This document shows positions 26,951 through 40,887 of a stretch of DNA of 64,000 bases, piece after piece. Numbering within the stretch: the stretch's first letter is position 1; each line of letters opens with the position of its first letter. Position numbers and translations under genes: made by a program. The DNA is from Octopus vulgaris (Eukaryota): positions 43,152,001-43,216,000 of the forward strand of contig OX597824.1 in assembly GCA_951406725.2 (NCBI GenBank), given 5' to 3'. A model generated the notes under the pieces. It searched no databases, was not told where the DNA came from, and worked only from the letters and a program-made list of their open reading frames with translations.

Positions 26951-27153
26951 GTGCGTCTGTTATGTAGGGATGTGCGTCTCCATATGTGTCTTTGTGAGTG
27001 TGTGTGTGTGCGTGAAGTGTGCATGTATGCATTAGGTCATGTGATTCAGTCTTTTGTGTATGTATGTGTGTGTGTGCATGCTTATTTGTCCGAATTACCT
27101 ATGTACCTATCCATCTACCTATCTATCTGTTTACTTATATATCTATTTACCAA

Positions 27154-27213
<60 letters not shown>

Positions 27214-27591
27214 GATAATATCGATATTTAAGTATCAATATTATCAAGTGGCCAGCATGGAAAAAATACCGTACAAAGGTAATAATTTTTAACAATATAC
27301 GTACATATGTATTTATGTATGGACGTTCGTATATGTAAGTATATCGTTTGTTCTGCATATATATATCTGTATTTATGTACCCTTGATATATTCAATTGAT
27401 GACGGTAAAGCTTATTTAAAGCAAAACCAGAAATCCAGGATCTTGAATTATTCAATAAGTTTTGCTTGTATATTTTGTCCCTCTGTCTTATCTCATGGTA
27501 CGATATGAGCTCTTAACGTGGTTTTTATAGTCAGAATTTCGACTGCTATTTCGGCATGTTGGTGTCTCTTAGACACCCTCATTTTTAATTG

Positions 27592-27644
<53 letters not shown>

Positions 27645-27799
27645 AATATATTATGTAGACGTGTGTATATATATATATATGCACGTCTATATAGCAGCCT
27701 ACTAACAAACCTACCTGTGTATGTATAAACTGTGGGCATTGAGGTAACACTACTTTCTTTGTATATCTCCTATTTAATACTAGGGATGTTTCAATTATG

Positions 27800-28105
27800 A
27801 GGTGCATAGAAGATGATTATAAGGCAAGAACATGACATGCATTGGTGAGACATTTAGAAGCATTACGGAGAGACTAAATGACAATTTGAGACAATATGAC
27901 AATAAAAAAACAGTCCTCCATACTCTACAACATGCCAAAGACCAACATAAAGGCACACTGGATCGACTTGACATCCGCATTTTAGCTAAGCACCCGAATG
28001 ACCCGTCACTCAGACAAATACAGGAGTACGTCGTCATAAATGAAACTACCTCAGTATTAAATAGATGTACGTAGAAGGTAGTGATACCCCAATACCCACA
28101 GTATG
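27800..28105 (+). pseudogene. Penelope-like element GIY-YIG endonuclease fragment
   Basis: TCIGETFRSITERLNDNLRQY...HTLQH...IRILAK...RQIQEYVVINE...LNR matches the PLE YIGET.R.L..R..EH and E...I...P.LN motifs. Confidence 0.8.
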
Positions 28106-28444
28106 GAGACACAAATCCATACATATCAGATGCACGTACAATCACGCACACGCTTTTAAACTTTATTCCCATTCATCTAGCACATTATATTTTTTCACCC
28201 TTAATTTTTAAAAAATAACTTGCGAGCTTAACCCTTACATCATATACTTACGTCCGCGGTAATCACATTCGGTTAAAATGGGTTATGGATGAATTTTGTT
28301 CCTTTTTTTTCCTTGACAAGATGATTGCATTGTTTTACATCATTTTTATCCCTGCCAGAATAATCTCAATGCTTTTTTCGAAACATATGCGGGAAGTATA
28401 AATTATTTGAATAACATCTGTTTGAATAGCATCTCCATTTCTTA

Positions 28445-28520
<76 letters not shown>

Positions 28521-28716
28521 ATGGGTAAAATTAATTAATTAACTAGTAATCATTAATTTCACCAAGTAGAATTCGGCACTGTTTTTGTCTGGGAGTCTCT
28601 TCTTATAGTTGAAGAAATAGCTAAGGTTCTTTGGCTGCTATTTCTAAACTTCGGTATGTGGTAAAGCAAATCTTTGCTGAACCCTAATTATAATTATACT
28701 CGTAATTATAAAATAT

Positions 28717-28854
<138 letters not shown>

Positions 28855-30749
28855 TGTATGTATGCACATACGCACGCAGACATATATGAATGTGTACAAA
28901 CATTCATATATAATGACAACGAGTTATAAACAATTCTCTCTAAGGTGAAATAACATAGTAAGTGTAATGTATATCTGCTAGTCGTTAACTGGTATTTACA
29001 CATTTGATTCCCAATTTGTTTAACTTTTCCTCTTTAAGTCTAATTTTCACTTGTATTTATTCGTGAAACAGTATTCTCTCGCTCAGTAAATAAATTTAGA
29101 ATAATTCCAAGCATTAGAATTTATGAAAAAATCGGGTATTTTGTTGACTCAACTTAGTCTCTTTAATAACTTCCTTTAAACAAACTCAAAGGTAGTTCAG
29201 CCTTTACGTGATCATTTAATAAGCAAGAAATAGCAGGGATCATCATGGTTAACTCTAAGGCCTATATCATACCAAACAGCCACAACAGCAAATTCACCTC
29301 CGACATTTCTTTTTCAATTTATTTTTAAAATATTCATTTTACAAATTCTTGAACGGAAAGAGTCATGAAAATAATCCTGCGTCAACATAATTGTAGTCTA
29401 CATCATCAAAATATGAAAGTTATGAGAAAACAAAGTCGCAGCGTGTGAATTATCAGAAACACCCCCCTCCTTTCTCCCGAAAAACGTTTTCGCAGCAAAC
29501 ACCGATATAACCGTAATCTACATTATCTAAAAGGTATTTGCAGAAAATTTCATTAAAAATATCAATTTTCAGAAAGTTATGTGAAATTTAAGTTGGGGGA
29601 AATACTTTAGTTAAATAAAATGAGACAAGTTTATATTTTTTACAATTGACGTTTACAATTCTGCTTATTCAGTTTTGTGTTTCATCAAAACTTAACAAAT
29701 AGGAAATGATACAAGAATCAACATAGTTTGACTGACGCTGTATGAAACTTATAATTTGGAGAAATGTTTTTACTGATAAGTCTGTATAAAGTACAGTTTC
29801 AAATACTTATGTAAGATTTATTTTCTCAGAAGTATAAAAAAACATGTTTAAAAAACTCTATCTGGTAATGGAGGATTGCTATATTGCAGAGAACAAAAGT
29901 TAGTTTTGTGAAGCGGAAATCTTCAAAAATAAAAGAATCTTGCAAATTAAATTTTTATTAAAAAAAAAAAAAGTCTAAGATTGGAATTTATAAGAATTAT
30001 CTAGACAGTGTAGACTTTAATAATTGTGTTGTTTTTTTTAAGTAAAAGTAACATAATCGGATGTAATAAATAAGTAAATTTCTTTACAATGTGTAATGAG
30101 GCCCCAATCTAGATACTGCAAACTTTACTACGAGATGCACTGATATTTATACCTGCATTAAAAAAAAATGTAACTTAATATAAAATATAGTGTGTGACTC
30201 AAAACAATTACATGCACAAAGCAAAGGCACATATGAATACGTAAGAGCAAAATGGTTAGTAATATAGTTCCCGAATACGAAACGTAGAGTAAAACATTTT
30301 ATTGAAGTCGAAAATTTGCACAAACTGTAACTTAGAGTTTCACGTAGGTGATCGCCAGACAGTCGCAAGACAACAGTACCATCGATTATAAAAGTTTATA
30401 AACGGTGTAATCATAATTATTTAGAAAATCGTTAAACAAAGTTTTAAAACTGATTCGACAGCGTGTTATTACTCACAATAACAAAAATCAGCTGGATGAA
30501 ATCTATTGACGATGACGAGAAAAGCGAGTCGAAATACAATTAAAAAGTGACTAACATAAATCGCTGATATACGTTGAAATGCACAATTAATAGCACTTTT
30601 GAAAATCATGCATTTATGAAAATTTTTTCGTAAAAGTTAAAGACTACAATTACAAATTAACAATTAAGACAAACGACAAGTGAGCATCAGGAAAAACAAG
30701 TAAATAATAACCGCAAAAATGAATGAATTGAAAAACAAAGCGTTAAATA

Positions 30750-30981
30750 TTTGTTTCTTTATTACCTACAAGGGGCTAAACATAGAGGGGACAAACAAGG
30801 ACAGGCAAAGGGAGTAATCGATTACATCGACTCCAGTGCATAACTGGTACTTAATTTATCGACCCCGAAAGGATGAAAGACCAAGTCGACCTCGGCGGAA
30901 TTTGAACTCAGAACGTAACGGCAGACTAAATACGGCTACGCATTTCGCCCGGCGTGCTAACGGTTCTGCCAGCTCGCCGCC
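30750..30981 (-). mobile_element. Full-length SINE family 1 (tail A)
   Basis: Reverse complement of 5349-5581 and 17244-17473. Confidence 0.92.
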
Positions 30982-31640
30982 TTTCAAAGCGATAAATAAG
31001 CTTACTATAAAGAAGGGTGAATTACAGGCTAGGAAGAAAGGGGAACTCATAGTATATGATAAGAAAGAAGAAAAGGAAATTCAAAAGAAGAGTAGATTAG
31101 AATTAAGTTAAAAGATACTAATAGCAGCAATTTATAATTTTATCAAATATGGATAGACAAGCACAGTTCTCAGGGGAGATGGAAGCGATTAGAAAGCATT
31201 TGAAAAATAGTTAGACGGTAAGAGACCTCAAGGTATTGTTAATGGAAAGTAGGATGGAGACCAAAAATTAGACTCGGATACACATAAAAAAAGGCCTATC
31301 AAAATAAATCAGAAAAATTCAATTTGGAAATATGTAAGGGCATATAGAAATAAACATGTAGATGAATCGTTTAAAAATCACCTCTATCCACTACGTCTGT
31401 CCTCACAAAAAAACAAAAACAGAAAGAATGGTAGGTTTTCAGAATATTACCGAAATACATGTTACATTTGTGTGGGTATCTTATAGATAATACATTACGT
31501 TGGTTTATTAAATTATTCTTATATCAGTTCAACCAGGGAGGTGGTATTCTGCTTATGGTGGTTTTTAAAAGAATAGACATAGTTATAAATTATACGTTTA
31601 AAGACACCACAGCATCTTTAAACGTATAATGTAAGGCTGC

Positions 31641-31820
<180 letters not shown>

Positions 31821-32459
31821 TCTCTATCCCTCAGTTATCCCATCGCTACTCTTCTCTCTTTTCAGCATTTCACATTCTGTTAATCAATATTAACTGCTAC
31901 AATGTTTTGTATACTGAACTTTTTCCTTGCACTCATACACACACACACACAGAGCCACTCCCACTCCTACACACAATTCTTCCTTTAAAAACCTCGTAGG
32001 AAACCTTAAAAATATATCTTTCATCTTCTTTGAAACTAGTGTCGATTTTAAGTGTCTCGACCTGCCTCGAGTATTCCCTAAATATCTCACAAATCATCCA
32101 TTTCATGAAAGAAGGACTTATTGGATAATATCAAGAATATTATAACAATCACTGAAAAATAACATGGGGTGATTAGCGCTAGACCTTTCGATCATGGTTA
32201 TATGCTTTAACAGGTCTGACACGGATGCATTAAAGAAGAGCAACAACGTAATGATAAATATTTAATTATTCCCACTCAGTAGAGCAATAAATGCAGCCTG
32301 ATGATCGACTACTTGTGATTAGAGATATCCATCAAGAATTGATCGATTGCTTGTGATTAGAGGTATTCATCAAGAATTGATAAGATTATCGACTTGAAGA
32401 GACTAATGAATGGAAAATGCGACTTTGAAAAAAAATTCAGCGGTGTTTGCGGATTAAGT

Positions 32460-32965
32460 GACCAATCACTACCGAATAATTATCAGGAATAGAATCTGTG
32501 TCGCAGACTCCACCTCACTAGAAGCTAATAAACGCGATTTGATCAGCCTACGTTTTCGAAGTTGCCCAGGGCTCCACCTCCAAGAGTACTTTTCAAGAGT
32601 ATCAACAATAGAAGATCCATTTCCGCAGGTAACCGGAAATTCATATAATGTTTGCTCCAGCATATTTTACACCGGTTGTTTGCTTCTACAATCGGAAACC
32701 CTACTGATATGTTGGAATTTCATTGTCGCAGGTGCACCTAATACCCCAATTGGCAAAACGAATGATTCGCTGTTTATTTGTAGTTTCAAAAATACGAGCC
32801 CTGATTTGCTCTGGACTAATGAAATAGGGCTGTGCTGGATGACTAGCCTCACTTTCCCGTCTGCCTGGAACAGTGGCAAGACAGGCCGAGATAACTGCTG
32901 ACATACCAAGAATATAGTGAGATAACCAAAATGGTCTACACCATACTCCGAGGTATGAGACACAC
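32460..32965 (-). pseudogene. Decayed Ty3/Gypsy-type reverse transcriptase fragment
   Basis: DGKVRLVI (cf. KDG.LRLCVD), FVLPIGVLGAPAT..FQ (cf. F.V.PFG...APATFQ) and a downstream L.K..L..SR...SEV segment; spacing shortened by deletions. Confidence 0.5.
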
Positions 32966-34766
32966 ACCAACCTTAGCGATATCCTCTTCCAGTGGTTGGT
33001 TTGTTTTTCGCACACTTAACAAGAAACCTCATCTTCATATGCGTCGGGTGAGAATCCTTTAAAGATTTTCACCAAAAATTTAAAACATGTCGACAACACA
33101 TAGTCTTGTTTAGCCGGCCTGCCAATACCAGTGTGCTGAAGATGGTGCACCACCGTATGCAGACAGTTCGTAGAGTAAAAGGTGAGAGTTAGTTGACACG
33201 CCAGGGCCAGTGGCAGACGAGCTGTCCTGAAAAGAAATGTATAGGACACCTACCAAAGGTATTATCCGTCACTAACATCCCTTTCTTTCAAGTACATAAC
33301 CAACTCCCTCATATCTACACATATATAAAAAATACCAAAAGTTCAATCGTTAAGGAATACGTTGTCCTTCACCAGAAACTAATGTCCTTTGTTCGGAAAG
33401 TGTTGATTTTTGGTTGCAAGTAGTGTTGTCATGCTGCTTTGCAAGTGATACTGCCATTTTGGTTAGCGACTATACAACCTCATCTCTCTCCTTCATACTA
33501 CTACAAAGGAAAGCCAAGAGTTTGAAACGATATATTCGTTTCACAGCAATTAAACACGCAGAAATATTCTACGAAGTCTTTTATAAATTAATCGTTACCG
33601 ATGAAAACCATCAACAGTTTCCTCGGATTGCCGGATTTTACCGTGCATTATGTAATATATATATAATATATATCTGATTGCAGATAATGATTCAAGCTGA
33701 TTGGAGTAATAGAACTCAACTAGCAATCGATATCACCGCAGTTCTACGTACATCGGATTAACTTGACCTAAGCTACTTCTTGCTACTAAGTAGCTCTCTG
33801 CTATGTCCACTCCAGCTATTCTACTTAGAATTCTGCTTAAGAGGGGATTTTTAGGGACTTAACGTTTATCACAATAGAAGGGGAATTTATAAATAAAGGA
33901 TTGAGTGGCGAAGGTATTTAAACCAGGGAGAAGAATACAGTAATCGAATTTATTCATTCGAATGCAACACCTCTTTCTCTCTTTATACACAGACGAACAA
34001 CCACACCCACACTCTTAAATAGAAAGTTTACTCATCAAATGTCAGTCTATCAATCATGTCACCATGGCATTGTGACAGACGTCTCGTTTTAGATCAAGTT
34101 AAATTTCAAATATCGCATTATATGTGTGTGGATGCGGGCATTGTAGGCATCTATCTAAATATCTTTCTATCTATGTCTATCTGTCTGTCTATCTGCGCGT
34201 TTGTTTCTCTATCCGTCTGTGTGCCTGTCTGTTTTCCTGTCTGTCCCTCTGTCCATCTACCTATATATATATATATATGTCTACATACATACATGCATTC
34301 ATACATGAATACATACATACATGCATACATATATACATGCATACATTCATACATATAGATATATTAATGCTTGTTTTTATACCAAGTTCTATTTTAAAAC
34401 AATTTAATTATAAACTGAAGGATTTCTCAAGACCTTTTAGCTGACTACATATATTTATTAACTTTTACAAGGAAAGGTTGATAGTAACTTCAAAGTTTCA
34501 ACATACACGCTTTTGTCAGACTCTGACACGAATCTACCTTTTTAACCTTTGGCCACATTGCGCCAATATAAGAATACTCTTTAAGATAAATTTCCTTTGT
34601 TTAAATCTTAGACTGGCTTCCTTCATTATTTCTTATACATTAACTCTAAAAATAAATGAAAAATAAATGTTATCAACTATTAAGCAATGTATACATCTTT
34701 TGGTGTCATCCTCAATACATAAATGTATATCAGTATATATAAGCACACTAATACACACACACATGC

Positions 34767-34805
<39 letters not shown>

Positions 34806-35661
34806 TTCTTTGGAAAAGTGGCTCCCGAAGCAAACAAAATTATAAATGATAGCGTGTACATATAGGATAAAAAGAAACCCCTTTTGGATAGATAAAGTTG
34901 GAGGCTACCCGTAAGGGTCGACCATACATTACTTATAAACACGATACGCGTCCTATCACTGGACAAAACCAATCCATCGCATTACTGAATCTAAATTTTT
35001 TAATTTATTCCTACCAGTAAGAATTGAACGTTGTTGACGTCATAATGATATTTATAAATTTCGAAGGAACGTAAAATAACTTTTTTGTGTCTATTTCTAC
35101 TTGGGTTTGTAGATTTTATTCAACCTCGAAATTAAAGGTATTTTAATAAACACTGACAATATAAACATGCATATATATGTAAATTAGCATATATGTATGT
35201 ATACATATACGTGTGCATATATTGTATATTCATATATACATATCTTATACATAAATGAAAATTAATGTCTAATTGTCTGTCTGTTTGTTACCATCTTGTT
35301 ACCTACACCAGTGAACCACTCTTGATGAAACTTTGCATACATGCTAAACTAACATCCAGTCAAATCATAGGCTAATTGGATTTCAATAGAATCTATAATG
35401 GGCCTCCTGAGGTGGGGGCGCTTTCCTGGTATTACTGGTCAACTCATTTATTTTCTCAATTGGGTTATTATTTGATAAAATGAGAAGGGTGCAAGAGTGT
35501 TAGTGTAAGGTGAAATGTGGTGGAATAGTGAGTATGCCTGATATCAGGGAAGGGAAGAACAAAGTTGTGTAAGCGACAAATATGGAGTGGAAGTGGGATG
35601 ATTACGTTAATCCAGCTGTCATTCAAGGATATATACGCGACGCTACTTACGTAGGCACAGG

Positions 35662-35695
<34 letters not shown>

Positions 35696-36339
35696 CACAT
35701 ACACATAAGTCACTTTTAAAACACCGAAGAAGGGAAAGAAAGGTGGATGTGAGAAATACACAGCTTTAAAGAGCGAGGGGGTAAGTTGACAACAATTGTT
35801 CACAGGTGACCCGTCCATCGCAAAGAAACACTCACACACAGACACACATACATATATGCATACACACACACACACACACACATATATACATACATATGTC
35901 TACTACACACCATTTAAAACTTTGATTATCTGTGTGTGTGTGTGTGTGTGTGCGTGTGCGCGTGCGTATGTGTGACGTCTGTTTCTCTACTTTTGTAGGG
36001 TCTTCTTTGTTGTTGTCACATCTTGTGAAAATTTAAAATTACGTCAAAATCTTCAAATTAGGTGTATTGAAATGATTTTCCAAGGTAAATCCGATTTTAT
36101 TTATTTCAGAAAAATTGCAGAAAAATGTTACAGAGGTTTTAAGTTTAACCAATTTAACCTAATCAGAAGATATGATTTAGAAGCTGTCATTTTCTGTATG
36201 ATAGCTGTCTATCACAAAATAAAAGAAAAATGATTACGAGAAGGAATTTTTATAAAGTCATGTGAAACGATCAAACAGGAATGTGAATAATTTAAAAAGG
36301 AAACAGTTCCTCAACGAAGTTTATTTGTAAAAACTTTCA

Positions 36340-36466
36340 CAAATCTGCCCTGATCAAGAGACCTATCTGTCGAGGAAGGCATGATCTGACATGGAATAAG
36401 CAAAAATTCACATAAGACATTCTATTGTAAAAATGTCCCGGCAACGACGGGCTATTCAGCTAGTTT

Positions 36467-36532
<66 letters not shown>

Positions 36533-37285
36533 TGTACACACACACAGACACACTACACACACACATATATATATATATATATATGGGGGTAATGTTGTTT
36601 GTGTATAGTTACACGGATATAAGTGTAAAATTCAAGCTTGTACTGCGGTTTGTTCAAGATAGTTCATTTCTCGTTGGGAAGAAAGAAAACCCTCAGGAAG
36701 AAAGCGCGGTTTGATTGTGCAATCACTGTCTAATTCACAAGTTTTAACATTACCAGATTTTGTACATTTCCGACAAACAATCGTATTGAATACTTTAAGA
36801 AATTCATTTTCATTCAGTCGCAAAATAATATCCATGAATACATGAATATATACGTGAACCCACAGTATGGTAGAAGCCATATCCACTGATAATAAAAAAC
36901 TGATGGAATGTCCCAGTAAAGATCTCAGCAAAATGTAAGCACAACAGACCTGATATAATGATTTGGGAGAGAGAAGAAAAACTGTGTACCGTTGTAGAAA
37001 TTAGCTGCCCAGCGGACGTTAACAAAACTGAAGATCAATGAAAAAGAGAATGCTTAACGCTGAACTATTGAGAAATCTGCAGTTACTCTATCCAGATTAC
37101 AAGTTCAGGTTTATAGCTGTAATTATTGGGGCCCTGGGATATGTAACACACTGCCTAAATACCAATCTTGAGAAATTGGGCTTCTCGAAATTAGAAAGGA
37201 AAGCTAATTCGAGGACTACAGATCTAATCCATCACTGGAACGGTAAAAATCTGTAAAGCTTTCCAGAAGTTTATCATTTAAATAT
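36340..37285 (+). pseudogene. Restriction-like-endonuclease LINE (R4/NeSL-type) 3' fragment interrupted by microsatellite
   Basis: RHD motif near 36375; from about 36940 HNRPDIMIWEREEKLCTVVEISCPAD...LLYPDYKFRFIAVIIGALG (PD..E-type nuclease plus IIGALG). Confidence 0.8.
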
Positions 37286-37409
37286 ATATGAGCATGTCTA
37301 CATATACATGAGAATACATATAAATGAGAATAATATATGCATGAGAATGCATATATAAAACAAAACATATAGATCTGCACATATGCGTACATTCATTCAT
37401 ACATACATG

Positions 37410-37950
37410 GTGGCTGCCCCCTCGTTATCGAGTATGGCCATTGCACGAAGCTTAATCAATGTTGTTATCGTGCAATGCCTGTGCAAGAAGATTTTTTTAA
37501 AGTGAGGAAAGGCTGTGCACCGAGTCAATCCCACTCACTAAGCAACAGCAGCCATAATCCGAAAAGAAGAACAAGTCAACATCATCGGTAACCACTGAGC
37601 CGCAGGTTTTATTTCGGAGTTATCCCAGTTACCTGAGTTACCTTCTCCTAGAAGGATGCCCTAACAAAGGCTAGGAGTCATTCACTCCCAATGGTTTAAC
37701 CGCGCGATCGGATATTCAGTCCGATTATTTCTATGTTCCCGCGCATGATACAGCCTTAAGACATTTATTGTATGGCCGTTGACTCTCAAGAATTCCTCCG
37801 CCCTTTGACGGGTTTTATTTTTCATCCCTCAGGGTGACCAATAAACACCCTCCTCGCCAAGCAAGCTTGGTGGGGTTGCCGGTTTAGTCGCCGACGACCC
37901 GACCATGCAACAGGTTGTACTGGATTACATGTTACCAGTAGCACTCGAAA
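37410..37950 (-). mobile_element. Structured non-coding repeat, probably an RTE-type 5' leader
   Basis: GC-rich relative to flanks; ggcgactaaaccggcaaccc and ctaggagaaggtaactc resemble recalled RTE leader motifs; many hairpins. Confidence 0.4.
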
Positions 37951-38288
37951 GTGACCTGACATACATACATACATACATACATACATACATACATACATAC
38001 ATACATACATACATACATTCAAGTGTGCATGTATGTGTGTTTTTGTGTCGATAACACCTAGTATAAGGTGCTTTTTTCTGTTCACCAAAGTGAATGGAGC
38101 TTTGGCTCGGAGGAACTGAATGTCATCAGACGAAATCCAACGATCATCGGGTGTTTCGACAATGCACCGTAACATCCTCCCGTTGGTTGATCAGCAGAAG
38201 TAGCCAAAGCATTATATATACACATAAATAAATATATATATATATACACACACACACATATATATTATATATATATATATATAATAAC

Positions 38289-38326
<38 letters not shown>

Positions 38327-38774
38327 TCATTTGTGTATATACATCGATATATACATAGCCCGTATACACATGTGCACATAGCTGTATACATGCATACGAC
38401 ACACACACACACACTCATACAAACTTACATACACATTTATATGCCATCACTCACGCTTATGTAGAAATATTTTTTCCATCCATTGATTATTTCAGAAAAC
38501 GTTATCTAATATTCCTATTTAATCTTTTTTTTTTAAGTTAGCATGGTATATTGCCTTTATTTCCAAATATTCGAACGACAACGAAGTGACTCTCTCATTG
38601 GTGAGTTGCAGCAATTGTTAGCTGTACAAAACGAACTTGAAAAAACGCTAGCGTATCATAATGGATCAAAGGTTATCTGGATGGATTCAGTGACTTTACA
38701 CAGTACGGATCGCCTCAAGAATTTTTAAATGTTAAATGTTAAATTTGTTGGTAGTTTTCTCGTCGTTGTCGTCG

Positions 38775-38897
38775 TCTTCTTCTTCTTCTTCTTCTTCTTC
38801 TTCTTCTTCTTCTTCTTCTTCTTCTTCTTCTTCTTCTTCTTCTTCTTCTTCTTCTTCTTCTTCTTCTTCTTCTTCTTCTTCTTCTTCTTCTTCTTCT
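38775..38897. repeat. Pure (TTC)n, about 41 units
   Basis: Directly visible. Confidence 0.95.
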
Positions 38898-39235
38898 ACC
38901 AACCAGGACCCACGCCATTAGCCACAAAGAATATTCTCTAATTCGAGCCTACTCTAAGCTACTAAGAATGCGTGTAGCAACTTGAAGATCCACCCAAGAC
39001 ACGCAATAGACTGGCGGTTGCACGGGTGCGAAAGCTACGATGTTATCCTCATTCCGTAAACGGTGGCTTTTAACGGATGGAGAGCTGAACCATCCTGGGA
39101 TACAGAGGATTCGCAATCTAGACTAGGGTCTGAAAGTTTACCACACCATAGTGGGTTATACCATGGTACCTCTGGTTTGTGGCAAAGTAGGAAGAAAGAG
39201 TGAGAGAAAGTTGTGGTGAAAGAATACAGCAGGGT

Positions 39236-39374
39236 TCACCCCCCCCCCCACCGCTGTAGTCCCGTGGAGCTTAGTGTGTTTTTGCTAAATAAAGACTCAC
39301 AATGCCCGGTCTGCGAATCGAAACCGCGTTCTTACGACCGCGAGTCCGCCGCCTCAACCACTGGCCATTGCGCC
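39236..39374 (-). mobile_element. tRNA-derived SINE head (family 3-related)
   Basis: Minus ggcgcaatggccagtggttgagg...ggtttcgattcgcagaccggg with A and B boxes. Confidence 0.65.
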
Positions 39375-39774
39375 TCCACCGTCGTTGTCGTTGTTGTTAT
39401 TGCTGCTAAATCTCAAGTGGTTTATAAAGAAAGTAGTCCTATGAAAACATAAAACGTTGTAACAATGACCACCGTCTGCTGTTTACTTTGAGACTTCATT
39501 TGTCTTGTAATTGCTGAGATGTCATTTTTAAGTACGATTTATAAGAAATTTATATGTTATTTCAAGTAGGCAGTGCAAACCACATTTTGACTAGTGTTGT
39601 TTCAATACAGTTAGTGTTAAATATATATCGTGGGGATAATGTTATCTCAGATGTCATTGATTCTGACGTACAAGCTTCTGTTGTGCGGAAATATATTGTT
39701 TCCAATTTTTTGTCTCGCGGTCTCGGAATTTGCAAGTTAAACACGTGAAAGCGTTAATGTTATATAATTATAAA

Positions 39775-39816
<42 letters not shown>

Positions 39817-39961
39817 GGCGTAGTAGCCGCCAGAATGCTAGAAGAAGATCATATATATAGATTCAGAACACAGAAAACTTTGGCGGGAGACAGAAAAATA
39901 AAACAGATTAAATGATACCTCGGTTTCGTCTTAACAAAGAATTCTTGCATATTCAAGTGTC

Positions 39962-40007
<46 letters not shown>

Positions 40008-40242
40008 TTTATTCCCGATGTAATCAGTAAGATACGTGTCTCTTGACACAAATTATCATTATGAAGAATCGCTAATTATGCAAGTATTTTAGACCGAACC
40101 ATATTTAAGTCTGTTATTTATTTAATTTTATAATTGGTTCTGTGTTCTAATTCTCTCAGAATTTCCTTGTATGTGTGATGTGTGTGTGTGTGTATTAAAA
40201 TTAATATTAATTTATCTCCCTCAATTTTTAAATTTTTATATA

Positions 40243-40296
<54 letters not shown>

Positions 40297-40318
40297 CATA
40301 TATACATATATATATATA

Positions 40319-40360
<42 letters not shown>

Positions 40361-40377
40361 ACTTATATACCTATATA

Positions 40378-40887
40378 TGTTGGGCCCTCCCATAAATAAT
40401 GCGGTATTTTTAATTGCATGAACTAAGAGTTGGAATGGGATGGGATAAACTACTTGCATCAACTTGCTATAAAAGCAGGCAGTAATTTTACCTTGTCATA
40501 TTCTTAGTGCAAGTCTTGAAGAGTGCAGTTCGATTTTAACAGTTACTTTTTCAAAGTTCTAATGGACGTGACAAAGGAGCATATTCGGTATACTTTGCTT
40601 TATGAGTTCAATAAAGGCAACAACGCAACGGTAAGTGCGAGGAATATTGAAGCAGCATATGGGAATCGGACGATAAACGTAAACCAGTGTCAACGGTGGT
40701 TCCAGAAATTACAGCCTAAAGGGTGAGCCTCGTCCTGGAAGATCTGTAGAGCTCGACGAGAACGTCTTGTAAACCCTGATGGAACAAAATCCATCGTAAT
40801 TGTTGAGGAGCTAGCTAGCTTGGATTTGGTCATTCAACCATTCATTGACACGTACGTATCATCGGAAAAGTCAGCAAATTGGATCAA
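40378..40887 (+). mobile_element. Mariner element 5' part, truncated just before the WVPHEL motif
   Basis: MDVTKEHIRYTLLYEFNKGNNATVSARNIEAAYG...CQRWFQK, EPRPGR, HSTIH, GKVSKLDQ; putative left end near tgttgggccctcccataaataatgc. Confidence 0.85.

Noticed and set aside
27535-27595. Possible Penelope hammerhead relic (ATGAGG...TGCC GAAA) on the minus strand
   Set aside because: The CUG of the core is missing, a separate hairpin interrupts stem II, and no stem I is seen.
32298-32384. CTGATGA followed by repeats
   Set aside because: No hammerhead geometry; just a 38-bp tandem duplication (32303 and 32341).
36300-36400. piggyBac-like LSVEEGMI peptide
   Set aside because: The overlapping RHD motif and downstream restriction-like endonuclease fit an R4/NeSL LINE better, and no other piggyBac motifs were found.
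38105-38165. GAAA...CTGATGA on the minus strand as a type II/III hammerhead
   Set aside because: Stem II cannot form (C opposite C) and stems I and III are weak.
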